Shown: piece after piece, positions 28,019 through 38,225 of the stretch
How positions within the stretch are numbered: position 1 is the first letter of the stretch
Layout: every line of letters starts with the position of its first letter
Origin: Clostridia bacterium
GTDB taxonomy: Bacteria > Bacillota > Clostridia > Oscillospirales > CAG-272
Assembly (NCBI GenBank): GCA_017937135.1
Contig: JAGBEE010000020.1
Location: forward strand, 78,296 to 142,295
Reading direction: 5' to 3'
DNA: 64,000 bases
Notes under the pieces: model-generated
What the model was told of the DNA's origin: nothing
The model's input: the letters and a program-made list of their open reading frames with translations, nothing else
Database searches by the model: none
Made by a program: the position numbers and the translations under genes

Positions 28019-28726
28019 ATGGTTTTATCTGATTTAAGACACTTAAATTCTCTACTAGTTTTTCGTTCAATTGTTAATGGAATGAATACTTTAGAAGAAA
28101 TTTCTGATGATAGTAAGGTTGCAAAAGTAACAACTAATGAAATTTTACACAATTTAGAAAAGCGAAATATATTAACTTCATATACAAATACTAAGAAACC
28201 GGTTGGTAGACCAACTAAATTCTACGATATTTCTAATTTATATAATATATTGTATATTGAGGTTAAACCAAGAAGCGTTGTGGGTGCTCTTTTTAATGTT
28301 AACTGGGATGTTGTTTCTAAATTAGAAGTTGAAATTAATGAACTTTTTCCAGAAAAATCTGCATTGAATAAAATTATTACTCATTTCACCAAAAGTGAAT
28401 ACTATAAATATACTATTGAAACATTACTACTATATTCAAGTATTGACCCTCAAACGCTTGATATACCTGTAACTCCTACAACCACTTGTGATTTAATTCT
28501 AAGGTCACTTTCCCTTAATAATAACAAGACCAAGCTTATTACTCTTTTTGATAAAAAAGTTCTACTTGTAAATTCAAATTATAAATATATTGATATTCCT
28601 ACCGAAGAATTAGAAAAATATTTAGTAATTGACGAAAAAATTGACATTATTCCAAATGACATTCCTTGTGAGATTTTAGAATCTTTTACAAGAATTATTG
28701 TTCATTATCTCGAAAAACTAATATAA
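28019..28726 (+). CDS. hypothetical protein: N-terminal winged-helix plus a short ROK-repressor-like remnant
   Basis: 235 aa. wHTH (MNTLEEISDDSKVAKVTTNEILHNLEKRNIL), then ..GRPTKFYDISN.. and strands like the first ones of the sugar-kinase fold. Too short for a ROK protein, with no CxCGxxGC zinc motif and no DxGxT. Confidence 0.45.
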   Translation: MVLSDLRHLNSLLVFRSIVNGMNTLEEISDDSKVAKVTTNEILHNLEKRNILTSYTNTKKPVGRPTKFYDISNLYNILYIEVKPRSVVGALFNVNWDVVSKLEVEINELFPEKSALNKIITHFTKSEYYKYTIETLLLYSSIDPQTLDIPVTPTTTCDLILRSLSLNNNKTKLITLFDKKVLLVNSNYKYIDIPTEELEKYLVIDEKIDIIPNDIPCEILESFTRIIVHYLEKLI

Positions 28727-28728
28727 AA

Positions 28729-28863
28729 TGAGCTGACACATATCATTAAAAATGTGAACACGATGTGCAGTATTAACAAAAATCAAGGTCTGTCGAATGA
28801 GAGACCTTGATTTTTTGTTGTTTTTGTATAGGTGACAACTAAAAAAGCTAATTTGTGTCAACC
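28729..28863. repeat. intergenic repeat, copy A (partner at 62899-63032)
   Basis: About 80% identity by eye over ~135 nt with copy B, in the same orientation. Contains a bidirectional terminator hairpin (28782-28812) and a 20-nt identical block AAAAAGCTAATTTGTGTCAA (28842-28861). Ends GCTGACACA...TGTGTCAAC are inverted. Confidence 0.75.
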
Positions 28864-28872
28864 TTTTTCATT

Positions 28873-31800
28873 TTAAAAATCAAACATTGATATTTGATTA
28901 GTTCTTGATAAATTGTCAAAAACATGGTTTTGTTCTAATGTTTCCATGACAGCCTTTGAAAGCATAGTTTTTTGCTGAAAATCCTCTACTGAAAAGATTT
29001 CATTACTATCTCTCGCTTCTGCTATTTTAATTGATGCATTTTCACCAATTCCAGCTATTGAAGAAAATGGCAAGCGAATTTTACCATTCTCAGGTAAAAA
29101 TTTAAAGGCATCCGATTTCATCAAGTTCACAGGCAAGAATTCTATACCACGTGCTAAACATTCATAAGCTATTTGTAATGCTACAATTGTTTCTTTTTCT
29201 TTTTGTGTTGCTTCATTGCCCTTTGCTTCAACCTCGGCAATTCGATTTAGTATTCCACTCTTGCCGTTCTCAACCATTGATGATTCAAACCCACCAGGAG
29301 CTACGCTTAAATAGGCAGCATAAAATTCCAAAGGTCTATGAACCTTATACCACCCTAGACGTATAGCTGAAATAACATATGCAGCAGCATGGGCTTTTGG
29401 GAACATGTACTTAATTTTTTTACATGAGTTGATATACCAATCAGGAATATTATTATCTCTCATAGTTTTCTCATATGCTTCAGTTAATCCCTTGCCCTTG
29501 CGAACATCTTCCATGATTTTAAAAGCGATACCCTTTTCAAGACCATTGTAAATCAAGTATAGCATTATACTGTCACGGGTTCCAACAACATTTGAAATAG
29601 TACAGATGCCATCTTTTATAAGGTCCTGAGCGTTTCCTAACCAAACGTCTGTACCATGAGATAATCCAGAAATTTGAAGTAAGTCAGAAAAGTTTTGCGG
29701 CTTAGCATCAACAAGCATTTGTTGAACAAATTTAGTTCCAAATTCAGGCAAACCGTAAGTTCCTACTTGGCATTTCAAATCCTTTAACAAATCCTCACCA
29801 CCCAATGGCTTTGTTGATAAAAATAATTGATAAACCTCTGGGTCGTTCATTGGGACGTCAAGAACTGATGTATTTGTATATTGTTCTATCATCTTATACT
29901 TTGTAGGCATATCATGACCAAGCTCGTCTAATTTTAATAATGTATCATGTAAATATTCAAATGTAAAATGTGTTGTTACAATATTAGATTTTACATCGTC
30001 TGCTGGGTGCTGTACGGGACAAAAATCATATATTTCGTACTCCTTGGGTACAACTACTATTCCACCAGGGTGTTGACCCGTTGTTCTTTTTACGCCTGTA
30101 CACAATTCAACAAGTCGTTGAATCTCGGCCTTATTAACGCTTATTTGGTGCTCATCCATATACTTAGCAATGTAGCCAAACGCTGTTTTTGGTGCGATTG
30201 CGCCTATAGTTCCTGCTCTAAATACATTTTCTTCTCCAAATAAATCTTCAGTATATTTATGTACTCGTCCCTGCACATCTCCAGAGAAATTAAGATCTAT
30301 GTCCGGAGATTTATCACCATTAAATCCAAGGAATGTTTCAAATGGAATATCATGTCCATCTTGTACCATCTTAGAATTGCAATGAGGACAATTTTTATCT
30401 GGCAAGTCAAAACCCGAGCCAACACTACCGTCTGTAATGAACTCACTATACCTACATTCAGGACATCTATAGTGTGGCTGCAGAGGGTTAACCTCTGAAA
30501 TTCCAGCCATAGTGGCAACAAAGGATGAACCAACTGAACCACGAGAGCCAACTAAATAACCCAAGCTCTCGCTATAATACACAAGCTTTTGCGCTATCAT
30601 ATATAATACGGCAAAACCATTTTTAATAATGGATGTAAGCTCTTTATCTAATCTTTCGGAAACAACCTTAGGAATTTCTCCATTGTATTCATACATTTTT
30701 CTTGCACGTTCCCAACACATATTTTGAAGGTCTTCTTCGGCGCCGTCTATGTGTGGTGTAAATGTACCCTTTGGGAAAGGTCTTATTGAGTCATAGTCAA
30801 TCATATCAGCAATTTTATTTGTATTTGTTACTACAACCTCATAAGCTTTTTCTTCACCAAGGTACTCAAATTCCTTAAGCATTTCCTCTGTTGTACGGAA
30901 ATAAATTCCCGTATCCTTATCAGCATCCTTGAATTTTTGTCCTGCTAACAAAATTTTTCTGCAAATTTCATCTTCTTTGTTTAAGAAATGTGCGTCACAT
31001 GTTGCTACAACGGGTTTATTCAGTTTTTCACCAAGTGCAACGATTTTTCTGTTGAAATTTTTCAAATCTTCAACACTGTTAGCCCTACCTTCAGAAATCA
31101 AAAACATATTATTACATATTGGTTGAATCTCTAAATAATCGTAAAAATCAGCAATTTCCTCAATTTCCGATTCGCTTCTATTATCGAGTATTGCTTGGAA
31201 TAACTCTCCTGCTTCACAAGCAGAACCAATGATAAGACCATCTCTTAACTCATTTAGCCGTGTTTTGGGAATTCTTGGATGTCTCTTATAATATTTTAAA
31301 AAACCTTCAGAAACAAGCTTATAGAGATTTTTAAGCCCTGTTGGATTTTTTACCAATATTATTTGGTGATGTGAAGGTAATTTTAAAGGGTCAGCACTTG
31401 CACTCATAACCGAAATCATTTTTTCGGTATCCTCTACTCCTTCACTTTTTAGCTTTTCAAACATATGCATAAGTATATTACCAAGCATTTCAGCATCATC
31501 ACAAGCGCGATGATGATTAAATTCTCCCAAATGATAATGCTCAGCAATTACATCAAGCTTATGTCTTTTCAGCTCTGGATTTACGTATTTCGAAAGAGCT
31601 ACTGTGTCAAGATATGTAAGGTTGAATTCCATCTCACACTCTTCACAAGCGCGACGAATAAAGCCTGTGTCAAAGCTTGCATTGTGTGCAACTAAAATTC
31701 TATCTCCTACAAAATTAAAAAATTCAGGCAAAACATCCTTAATTTCTCTTGCACCTTTTACCATTTCGTCTGTAATACCAGTTAATTCAACAATGTTTTT

Positions 31801-33255
31801 AGGTATTGATATTTTAGGATTAACAAATGTATCATATCTGTCTATTATTTCGCCATTTTTTACTATAACAGCACCTATTTCTGTGATTTTATCATTCAAA
31901 AAAGAAAGACCTGTTGTTTCTATGTCAAAAACACAAAATTCATCATTAAATGTTGCAGTTTTGCTACCAAATATAGCTCTTGATGTATCATTAACGAAAT
32001 ATGCTTCCATTCCATAAATGATTTTCATTCCTGCTTTTTCAGCAGCAATCATAACGGGAGGATAGCCTTGCACATTTCCGTGGTCAGTTATAGCTACTGC
32101 CTTGTGTCCCCATTCCTTTGCAACCTTAACGATTTTTTCGGGGTCAATTGTAGCATCCATTTGTGACATCATTGTATGTAAATGAAGCTCTACTCTTTTT
32201 TCCTTAGCGTTATCCATCCTTTTCAAAGCGCTAATCTTATACACATCTATATATGAAACATATAGTTCACCATCAAATTCGTCAGTTTTTATATTTCCTC
32301 TTATTGCATAGGACTCTCCTTTTTTAAAATAAGAGAGCTCTTCATTCCTTTTATCTGTAGGTACATTAATCTTTATATATATTGAAGAGTCTTTATCTGT
32401 AATGCCAACATTTATAATAGTTACAGAACCTCGTTTTATCTGCTTTTCTGTAATTTCAAATACCGTTCCTAAAACACATATTCCGTGCATTCCGTTTGCA
32501 ACGTTGCGCAGTGGAACAATATTTGCTATTTCAAATTCTCCACCTACAACATATTCTTTATCACTTATATCAAATGTCGTATGTCCACATTTAACTAAAT
32601 TATCTTTTATTTCAACCTTCATCTCGGAGTTTGAAAATGAATTAGATTTTTTAAACTCAGTTCTTTTGTTTTGAAGTTCCTCCGCCTTTGTAGTATCTCG
32701 ATTTATAGCCTTTTGCTGTTCTTCCAAGGCTCGCCTTAACATATTCATCTTTTCAGATTCAAAAAGTTCAATATTACGCTTATAATCTTCTCTTTGTTCA
32801 ATAGTTACATTTATATTTAAACCAAACTCTCGTTTGATAATATTAGCTATAACATCAGCTGTATGTCCAACATCAAGTAAATCAATTCCACCTTGTATAA
32901 ACGGAACCTTTAACACAATTTTTTCTTGCGAAAAATCAACTGAATAATCTTCAAAAAAACCTTTACCAACCGCTCCTTCTCTGCAAGCCTCTTTTATAAT
33001 ATCGTTAATATAGCTACTTGAAAAAAGCTCGCTTGAATACTTAGGAATTATTCGCATATAGTTTAAATCATATGCTGTCTTAATTTCAAGCTCTAAACGG
33101 TATAATATGGATTTTGAAATTATATAAGGACATTCAACACTAACCTCTATCATTCGTTGTTCTTTATCAACCTTAGTCGAAAGAACTGTTAAATCCATAT
33201 ATATCAACAAGTCTTCGGTAGGGACATACCTATTAAATCTTTCAGATAAATTCAT
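28873..33255 (-). CDS. polC: DNA polymerase III PolC-type
   Basis: 1460 aa. Inserted 3'-5' exonuclease (FDIETTGL, HNASFD), a PHP domain and the polymerase core. Confidence 0.98.
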   Translation of the reverse strand: MNLSERFNRYVPTEDLLIYMDLTVLSTKVDKEQRMIEVSVECPYIISKSILYRLELEIKTAYDLNYMRIIPKYSSELFSSSYINDIIKEACREGAVGKGFFEDYSVDFSQEKIVLKVPFIQGGIDLLDVGHTADVIANIIKREFGLNINVTIEQREDYKRNIELFESEKMNMLRRALEEQQKAINRDTTKAEELQNKRTEFKKSNSFSNSEMKVEIKDNLVKCGHTTFDISDKEYVVGGEFEIANIVPLRNVANGMHGICVLGTVFEITEKQIKRGSVTIINVGITDKDSSIYIKINVPTDKRNEELSYFKKGESYAIRGNIKTDEFDGELYVSYIDVYKISALKRMDNAKEKRVELHLHTMMSQMDATIDPEKIVKVAKEWGHKAVAITDHGNVQGYPPVMIAAEKAGMKIIYGMEAYFVNDTSRAIFGSKTATFNDEFCVFDIETTGLSFLNDKITEIGAVIVKNGEIIDRYDTFVNPKISIPKNIVELTGITDEMVKGAREIKDVLPEFFNFVGDRILVAHNASFDTGFIRRACEECEMEFNLTYLDTVALSKYVNPELKRHKLDVIAEHYHLGEFNHHRACDDAEMLGNILMHMFEKLKSEGVEDTEKMISVMSASADPLKLPSHHQIILVKNPTGLKNLYKLVSEGFLKYYKRHPRIPKTRLNELRDGLIIGSACEAGELFQAILDNRSESEIEEIADFYDYLEIQPICNNMFLISEGRANSVEDLKNFNRKIVALGEKLNKPVVATCDAHFLNKEDEICRKILLAGQKFKDADKDTGIYFRTTEEMLKEFEYLGEEKAYEVVVTNTNKIADMIDYDSIRPFPKGTFTPHIDGAEEDLQNMCWERARKMYEYNGEIPKVVSERLDKELTSIIKNGFAVLYMIAQKLVYYSESLGYLVGSRGSVGSSFVATMAGISEVNPLQPHYRCPECRYSEFITDGSVGSGFDLPDKNCPHCNSKMVQDGHDIPFETFLGFNGDKSPDIDLNFSGDVQGRVHKYTEDLFGEENVFRAGTIGAIAPKTAFGYIAKYMDEHQISVNKAEIQRLVELCTGVKRTTGQHPGGIVVVPKEYEIYDFCPVQHPADDVKSNIVTTHFTFEYLHDTLLKLDELGHDMPTKYKMIEQYTNTSVLDVPMNDPEVYQLFLSTKPLGGEDLLKDLKCQVGTYGLPEFGTKFVQQMLVDAKPQNFSDLLQISGLSHGTDVWLGNAQDLIKDGICTISNVVGTRDSIMLYLIYNGLEKGIAFKIMEDVRKGKGLTEAYEKTMRDNNIPDWYINSCKKIKYMFPKAHAAAYVISAIRLGWYKVHRPLEFYAAYLSVAPGGFESSMVENGKSGILNRIAEVEAKGNEATQKEKETIVALQIAYECLARGIEFLPVNLMKSDAFKFLPENGKIRLPFSSIAGIGENASIKIAEARDSNEIFSVEDFQQKTMLSKAVMETLEQNHVFDNLSRTNQISMFDF

Positions 33256-33265
33256 ATCTACACCT

Positions 33266-34351
33266 TTATTTTTTCTTTAATATTTCAATTTCTCTCAATA
33301 AAGTCGGTATTATCTCATTTTCACTAATTTTACCTATAATTTCGCCATGTCGAAACAGAACTGCTTCATTTTGTCCACCTGCTATCCCCACATCGCATTC
33401 TTTTGCTTCACCCGGGCCATTTACAACGCACCCCATAAGAGCAACCTTAATATCCTTGCCATTTGTATCTATATTTGCAATTTTATCCTTGAATTCTTTT
33501 GATAACTGAATCAAATCAATTTTAGTTCTTCCACATGTTGGGCATGAAACAACTTGAATTGAGCCTTTTGTATAAAAACCAAGAGACGTCAAAAGCTCTT
33601 TACCAGCTTTAATTTCTTCAACTGGATTCGCGGTTAACGAAATTCTTATTGTATCTCCTATACCATCACACAAAAGCGACCCAATCCCTGCACAGCTCTT
33701 TACAAGCCCACTATAGGAGTCTCCTGCCTCGGTAACTCCGAGGTGTATTGGATAATCACATTTTGATGCTATCAATCTATTTGCAAGTATCATATTTCTT
33801 ACATTTGACGACTTTACCGAAATCACTGTATCGTAAAAGCCAAACTTTTCAAGCAGTTCAACATGATAAAATGCGCTTTCAGCTAATGCCTCTGGAGTTG
33901 GCGAGGAATATTTTTGAAGAATATGCTTTTCAAGTGAACCTCCATTTACTCCTATTCTTATTGGAATATTTGCATTTTTACATGCCTCAGTAACCTCTCT
34001 GACCTTCCAATCTTCACCGATATTTCCTGGATTGATTCTTATTTTATCAACACCCATTTTTACACATTCTAACGCTACTCTATAATCAAAATGTATGTCG
34101 GCAACAATAGGAATACTAATACCAGCATCTTTTACATATTTTATTGTTTTTGCACTTTCAACTGTAGGTACAGTTACTCTAACTACATCACATCCTGCTT
34201 CTTCAAGCGCCCTAATCTGAGCTAAAGTTGCAATTGTATCTAATGTATCAGTGTTGGTCATTGATTGAATAAGTATGTTTGAATTTCCACCAATTTTAGA
34301 ATTTTTTATATTTATCGTTCGTGTTTTTCGTCTTAAATCGTTATATTTCAT
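33266..34351 (-). CDS. ispG: 4-hydroxy-3-methylbut-2-en-1-yl diphosphate synthase
   Basis: 361 aa. VRVTVP, RINPGNIG and a C-terminal Cys cluster (SCPTCGR...GCVVNGPGE). Confidence 0.95.
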   Translation of the reverse strand: MKYNDLRRKTRTINIKNSKIGGNSNILIQSMTNTDTLDTIATLAQIRALEEAGCDVVRVTVPTVESAKTIKYVKDAGISIPIVADIHFDYRVALECVKMGVDKIRINPGNIGEDWKVREVTEACKNANIPIRIGVNGGSLEKHILQKYSSPTPEALAESAFYHVELLEKFGFYDTVISVKSSNVRNMILANRLIASKCDYPIHLGVTEAGDSYSGLVKSCAGIGSLLCDGIGDTIRISLTANPVEEIKAGKELLTSLGFYTKGSIQVVSCPTCGRTKIDLIQLSKEFKDKIANIDTNGKDIKVALMGCVVNGPGEAKECDVGIAGGQNEAVLFRHGEIIGKISENEIIPTLLREIEILKKK

Positions 34352-34360
34352 TTTGTCCTC

Positions 34361-35386
34361 TCAACTAAATAGACTAAATATATCTTTAAATGTAACAAAT
34401 ATCACAAGCAGCATTAGCAACGCAAAACCAACAAGCTTAATTCTTTCCTCTATTTTTCTTGGCACAGGCTTCTTTGCAATCATTTCAATAATCAAAAAAA
34501 CGAGCGTTCCGCCATCAAGTGCTGGTATTGGTAACAAATTAAATACGCCTAAATTTATAGATATGACAACTACCATATAAAAGAAAGATTGCGCGCCAAA
34601 TTGGGCAGCTTGCGTTATTGCACCTGTAACTCCAATAGGTCCAGATACTTGTTCAATACCGTATCTGCCAGATAGCAAGTCAAATATCGAATCCCATATC
34701 ATTTTTATCGTTGATTTAATAGAAAAAAAGGCATTTTTTACAACTGTAGAAAATGTCTTATCTTCACCATAAACACGGAAATCCATGCTTCCGAAAACAA
34801 CATTTTGGGAAACCATTTGTGGGAAAGTAACATTAAAAGTTCTTTTCTCCCCATTTCTTATAACGGTTACATCTATAGGCTCATATCCACTTCTCATTAT
34901 TTCATAGCTAAGTTCGTCGTAAGTGTGAACACTTGTCCCAGCGACCTCTATAATCTCATCACCTACTTGTAGTCCATACTCATCGCTTATAGAGTTATCA
35001 TTGAATTCTCCTATTACTGTTGAACCAAAATTTGATGAGCATATAGTGAGAATTATCATAATAATGATTCCCACCAAAAGATTCATTATTGCTCCTGCTA
35101 TTACTATAATAAATCTCTGCCACGCTGGCTTCCTATTAAATGCGTTTGGGTCTTCGCTGTCCTCTGTTTCTCCAACCATAGCAACATATCCGCCAAGCGG
35201 GAGTGCTCTTAATGAATATACCACTCCGTCTTTCCCTTTTTTAGAAAGAATTTTAGGTCCCATACCGATGGAAAATTCCTCAATCGTTACCCCAAATTTC
35301 TTGGCAAAAAGAAAATGACCAAGCTCATGAATCATTATCATGAACCCAAATACAAGTATTGCTAAAATAATATATAAAACTATCAT
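34361..35386 (-). CDS. rseP: RIP metalloprotease RseP (site-2 protease)
   Basis: HELGH at the N-terminus, a PDZ-like middle region, and a NLLPIPALDGG motif. Confidence 0.9.
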   Translation of the reverse strand: MIVLYIILAILVFGFMIMIHELGHFLFAKKFGVTIEEFSIGMGPKILSKKGKDGVVYSLRALPLGGYVAMVGETEDSEDPNAFNRKPAWQRFIIVIAGAIMNLLVGIIIMIILTICSSNFGSTVIGEFNDNSISDEYGLQVGDEIIEVAGTSVHTYDELSYEIMRSGYEPIDVTVIRNGEKRTFNVTFPQMVSQNVVFGSMDFRVYGEDKTFSTVVKNAFFSIKSTIKMIWDSIFDLLSGRYGIEQVSGPIGVTGAITQAAQFGAQSFFYMVVVISINLGVFNLLPIPALDGGTLVFLIIEMIAKKPVPRKIEERIKLVGFALLMLLVIFVTFKDIFSLFS

Positions 35387-35432
35387 TTTTACCTCTTAAT
35401 ATAATAAAATGCTCAAATGATAAGCCTCGAAG

Positions 35433-36599
35433 TTATTTAAAAATTGTTTTTATGAGATTTTCTGTTTTAATCCTTGCTTCTTTATCGGCATTGATAATGT
35501 CATCTAAAGTAGGATCTTTTATATTTTTAAAATCTTTAACTACTTTTTCTACGACCTTAAATATATCAGTAAATCCTATTTTATTATTTAAGAAATATTT
35601 AACTGCTATTTCATCCGATGCATTTAATACGCTTGGTATAATACCATCTTCATTTATAGCATAAAACGCAAGCGGCAAAAGAGTAAATATTTCGGTTTTA
35701 GGATTTTCAAAGGTTAAATTAGAAATTGAAGCAAAGTCAAGTGATTTAGCAAGAGCGGTTTGTCTTTCTGGATATGTAATAGCATATTGAATACAAGTAC
35801 GCATATCTGGAGCACCCATTTGCGCAATAACACTATTATCATTATATTCAACAGCGGAATGCATTATACTTTGAGGATGAACAACCACTTTTACTTGTTC
35901 AGGTTTTACGTTAAATAGTCTAACTGCCTCAATAACCTCGAATCCTTTATTCATCAAAGAAGCGCTATCAACTGTGATTTTCGCTCCCATTTTCCATGTC
36001 GGATGTGCCAATGCATCCTTTGCTACAATACCTTTTAATTCTTTGTATGTCTTATTTCTAAATGGTCCTCCTGAAGAAGTTAAAATAATACGCTTGATAT
36101 CATTACTCGCGCGCCCCTGTAAGCATTGAAAAATGGCGCTATGTTCACTATCTACAGGTATCATCTCAGCATTATTTGTTTCTATCTCTTGTTTTAAGAA
36201 TTTATATGCTATTACAATTGCTTCTTTATTAGACATGGCAATTCTTTTTGCGCTCCTTGCGCAAGCAATCGCTGGTGCAAGTCCTGCAAAGCCACTAACA
36301 GCATTAACGGCAGTCTTTGCTTTACTTTCTTCAATCGCAGAAATTGCGCTGTCATCGCCACCATAAACCTTTATATTGGTATCGGCCAATTTTGACTTAA
36401 GCTCATTTGCAGCTCTTTTGTCAGTTAAAACACAAGTTTTGGGTAAAAGCTCTCTTGCCTGTTTTTCAATTGTGTCAACAGAAGATGATGCAGTTAGCAA
36501 ATCGACTTTTAAATTGAGATGCTTTGCAATTTCTACACTTTGCTGACCAACAGAACCAGTTGAGCCTAAAATTGCTATGGATTTTTCGGTATAATTCAT
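35433..36599 (-). CDS. dxr: 1-deoxy-D-xylulose-5-phosphate reductoisomerase
   Basis: ILGSTGSVG NADPH site, MIPVDSEHSAIFQC and HPTWKMG. Confidence 0.95.
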   Translation of the reverse strand: MNYTEKSIAILGSTGSVGQQSVEIAKHLNLKVDLLTASSSVDTIEKQARELLPKTCVLTDKRAANELKSKLADTNIKVYGGDDSAISAIEESKAKTAVNAVSGFAGLAPAIACARSAKRIAMSNKEAIVIAYKFLKQEIETNNAEMIPVDSEHSAIFQCLQGRASNDIKRIILTSSGGPFRNKTYKELKGIVAKDALAHPTWKMGAKITVDSASLMNKGFEVIEAVRLFNVKPEQVKVVVHPQSIMHSAVEYNDNSVIAQMGAPDMRTCIQYAITYPERQTALAKSLDFASISNLTFENPKTEIFTLLPLAFYAINEDGIIPSVLNASDEIAVKYFLNNKIGFTDIFKVVEKVVKDFKNIKDPTLDDIINADKEARIKTENLIKTIFK

Positions 36600-36610
36600 T
36601 TTTAACCCCG

Positions 36611-37441
36611 TTAAAATAAGCTTATAATTGCATTAATCATGCATAGAGTTGGTGAAACAAGCATTACACTGTCGAATCTATCAATTATTCCACCATGCCC
36701 TGGAAAAACATTCCCAAAGTCTTTTACTTTGTACTGCCTTTTTATGCTTGATGCAACTAAATCTCCAATTTGTGAAACTATAGGAAGAACTACTCCCAAA
36801 ATACAAATCTGATAAATTGGCATCTCATAGTTAAATTGATGTTTTAAAATTAGTGCATAAACTATAAATCCGATTATTGTAAAAACAATACCTCCGATTG
36901 CTCCCTCAACTGTTTTTTTAGGACTAATTTCAGGAATGAGCTTGTGCTTTCCCAAAAGCCTACCTGTGAAGTATGCAAAGGTATCACATATCCAAGCACC
37001 TAAGAAAATAAGCAAGTACATATATTTTCCTTCAAATCCTGTGTATCTAACTATAACAATAGATGTAAAGCATCCCACTACATACATAAACATTGCATAA
37101 AGCATCAATATATCAGATACATTATCAGCATTTTTTCTCAGCATAACATATGCTAATGAATACATTAGCATAAAAAATGCTAATCCCATTGCATAAAGCA
37201 TAAATTCTGAGTTTGTTGTTAAGTAGTACCTCAGTATTGGTAACCCTAAAGCAATTATATACATAGGAATTGTCAAAACTAATCGTTTTGGTTCGGTAAA
37301 TCCTAAGCATTTAGAAATTTCAAATACACTTATTGCGCATAAAATTCCAATTGCTATTGGAAAAACAACATAGTCAGAGAAATAGCAAATTGGTACAAAA
37401 ATTGCTATTGCTACAATCGCTGTAATTATTCTTTTAACCAT
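36611..37441 (-). CDS. cdsA: phosphatidate cytidylyltransferase
   Basis: Polytopic. C-terminal signature SSIKRQYKVKDFGNVFPGHGGIIDRFDS. Confidence 0.9.
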   Translation of the reverse strand: MVKRIITAIVAIAIFVPICYFSDYVVFPIAIGILCAISVFEISKCLGFTEPKRLVLTIPMYIIALGLPILRYYLTTNSEFMLYAMGLAFFMLMYSLAYVMLRKNADNVSDILMLYAMFMYVVGCFTSIVIVRYTGFEGKYMYLLIFLGAWICDTFAYFTGRLLGKHKLIPEISPKKTVEGAIGGIVFTIIGFIVYALILKHQFNYEMPIYQICILGVVLPIVSQIGDLVASSIKRQYKVKDFGNVFPGHGGIIDRFDSVMLVSPTLCMINAIISLF

Positions 37442-37443
37442 TT

Positions 37444-38160
37444 TTACTCCTCTCCCTTTATAAGTCCGCCATATCTTCTTTTTCTGTTATTAAAGCTCTC
37501 TATAGCCTTTTCAAGCTCTTTTCTATCGAAGTTAGGCCAATATACATCAGTAAAATAAAATTCAGAATATGCACATTGCCACAAAAGAAAGTTGGAAAGT
37601 CGATATTCTCCCGCTGTTCTTACTATTAAATCCGGGTCTTTTGAGTGACTGGTATAAATATGACTTGAAATATCTTCCTCAGTTATAACAGTTTTACCCT
37701 CTTTTATAAGCTCATTGCACGCATAGACTATTTCTGCACGTCCACCATAATTAAAAGCAATATTTAATACATTATCAAAATTCTTAGTTATTTCTTCTAA
37801 CTCATTTATTTCAACAATTAAATCCTTAGGTAAAACGCTTTTATCTCCTATAAATTTATATCTTACCTCTTTTCGCTTTTTTGCATCCTTAATATATGAA
37901 CGTAAAAGGTCAATTATAGCATCTACTTCATTTTTAGGTCGTGACCAATTTTCTGTTGAAAACGCATAAACAGTAACGGTATTAATACCGTATTCGGAAC
38001 AAATTTTTCCTATGTTTTCTAATGCCTTTGCACCTTGTTTATGACCAGCCTTACGAGGAAGGCCCCTAGATTTAGCCCACCTACCATTGCCATCCATGAT
38101 AAAAGCAATATGCTTAAGATCATTATTGACAATAGCATTTTTCTTTTTATTGAAAAACAT
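37444..38160 (-). CDS. uppS: isoprenyl transferase (undecaprenyl-diphosphate synthase)
   Basis: IMDGNGRWA, FSTENWSRP, and RLSNFLLWQ. Confidence 0.95.
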   Translation of the reverse strand: MFFNKKKNAIVNNDLKHIAFIMDGNGRWAKSRGLPRKAGHKQGAKALENIGKICSEYGINTVTVYAFSTENWSRPKNEVDAIIDLLRSYIKDAKKRKEVRYKFIGDKSVLPKDLIVEINELEEITKNFDNVLNIAFNYGGRAEIVYACNELIKEGKTVITEEDISSHIYTSHSKDPDLIVRTAGEYRLSNFLLWQCAYSEFYFTDVYWPNFDRKELEKAIESFNNRKRRYGGLIKGEE

Positions 38161-38225
38161 AAATACCCTCTATATTTAAGTCGAATAAGGGCTGCCTAAA
38201 ACTTTTTAAAGGCAACCCTTTCCTT

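Noticed and set aside
28791-28797. A perfect Spo0A box (TGTCGAA) in the loop of the repeat copy A hairpin.
   Set aside because: The equivalent position in copy B reads TCCCGAA. A single 7-mer match in AT-rich DNA is likely chance.
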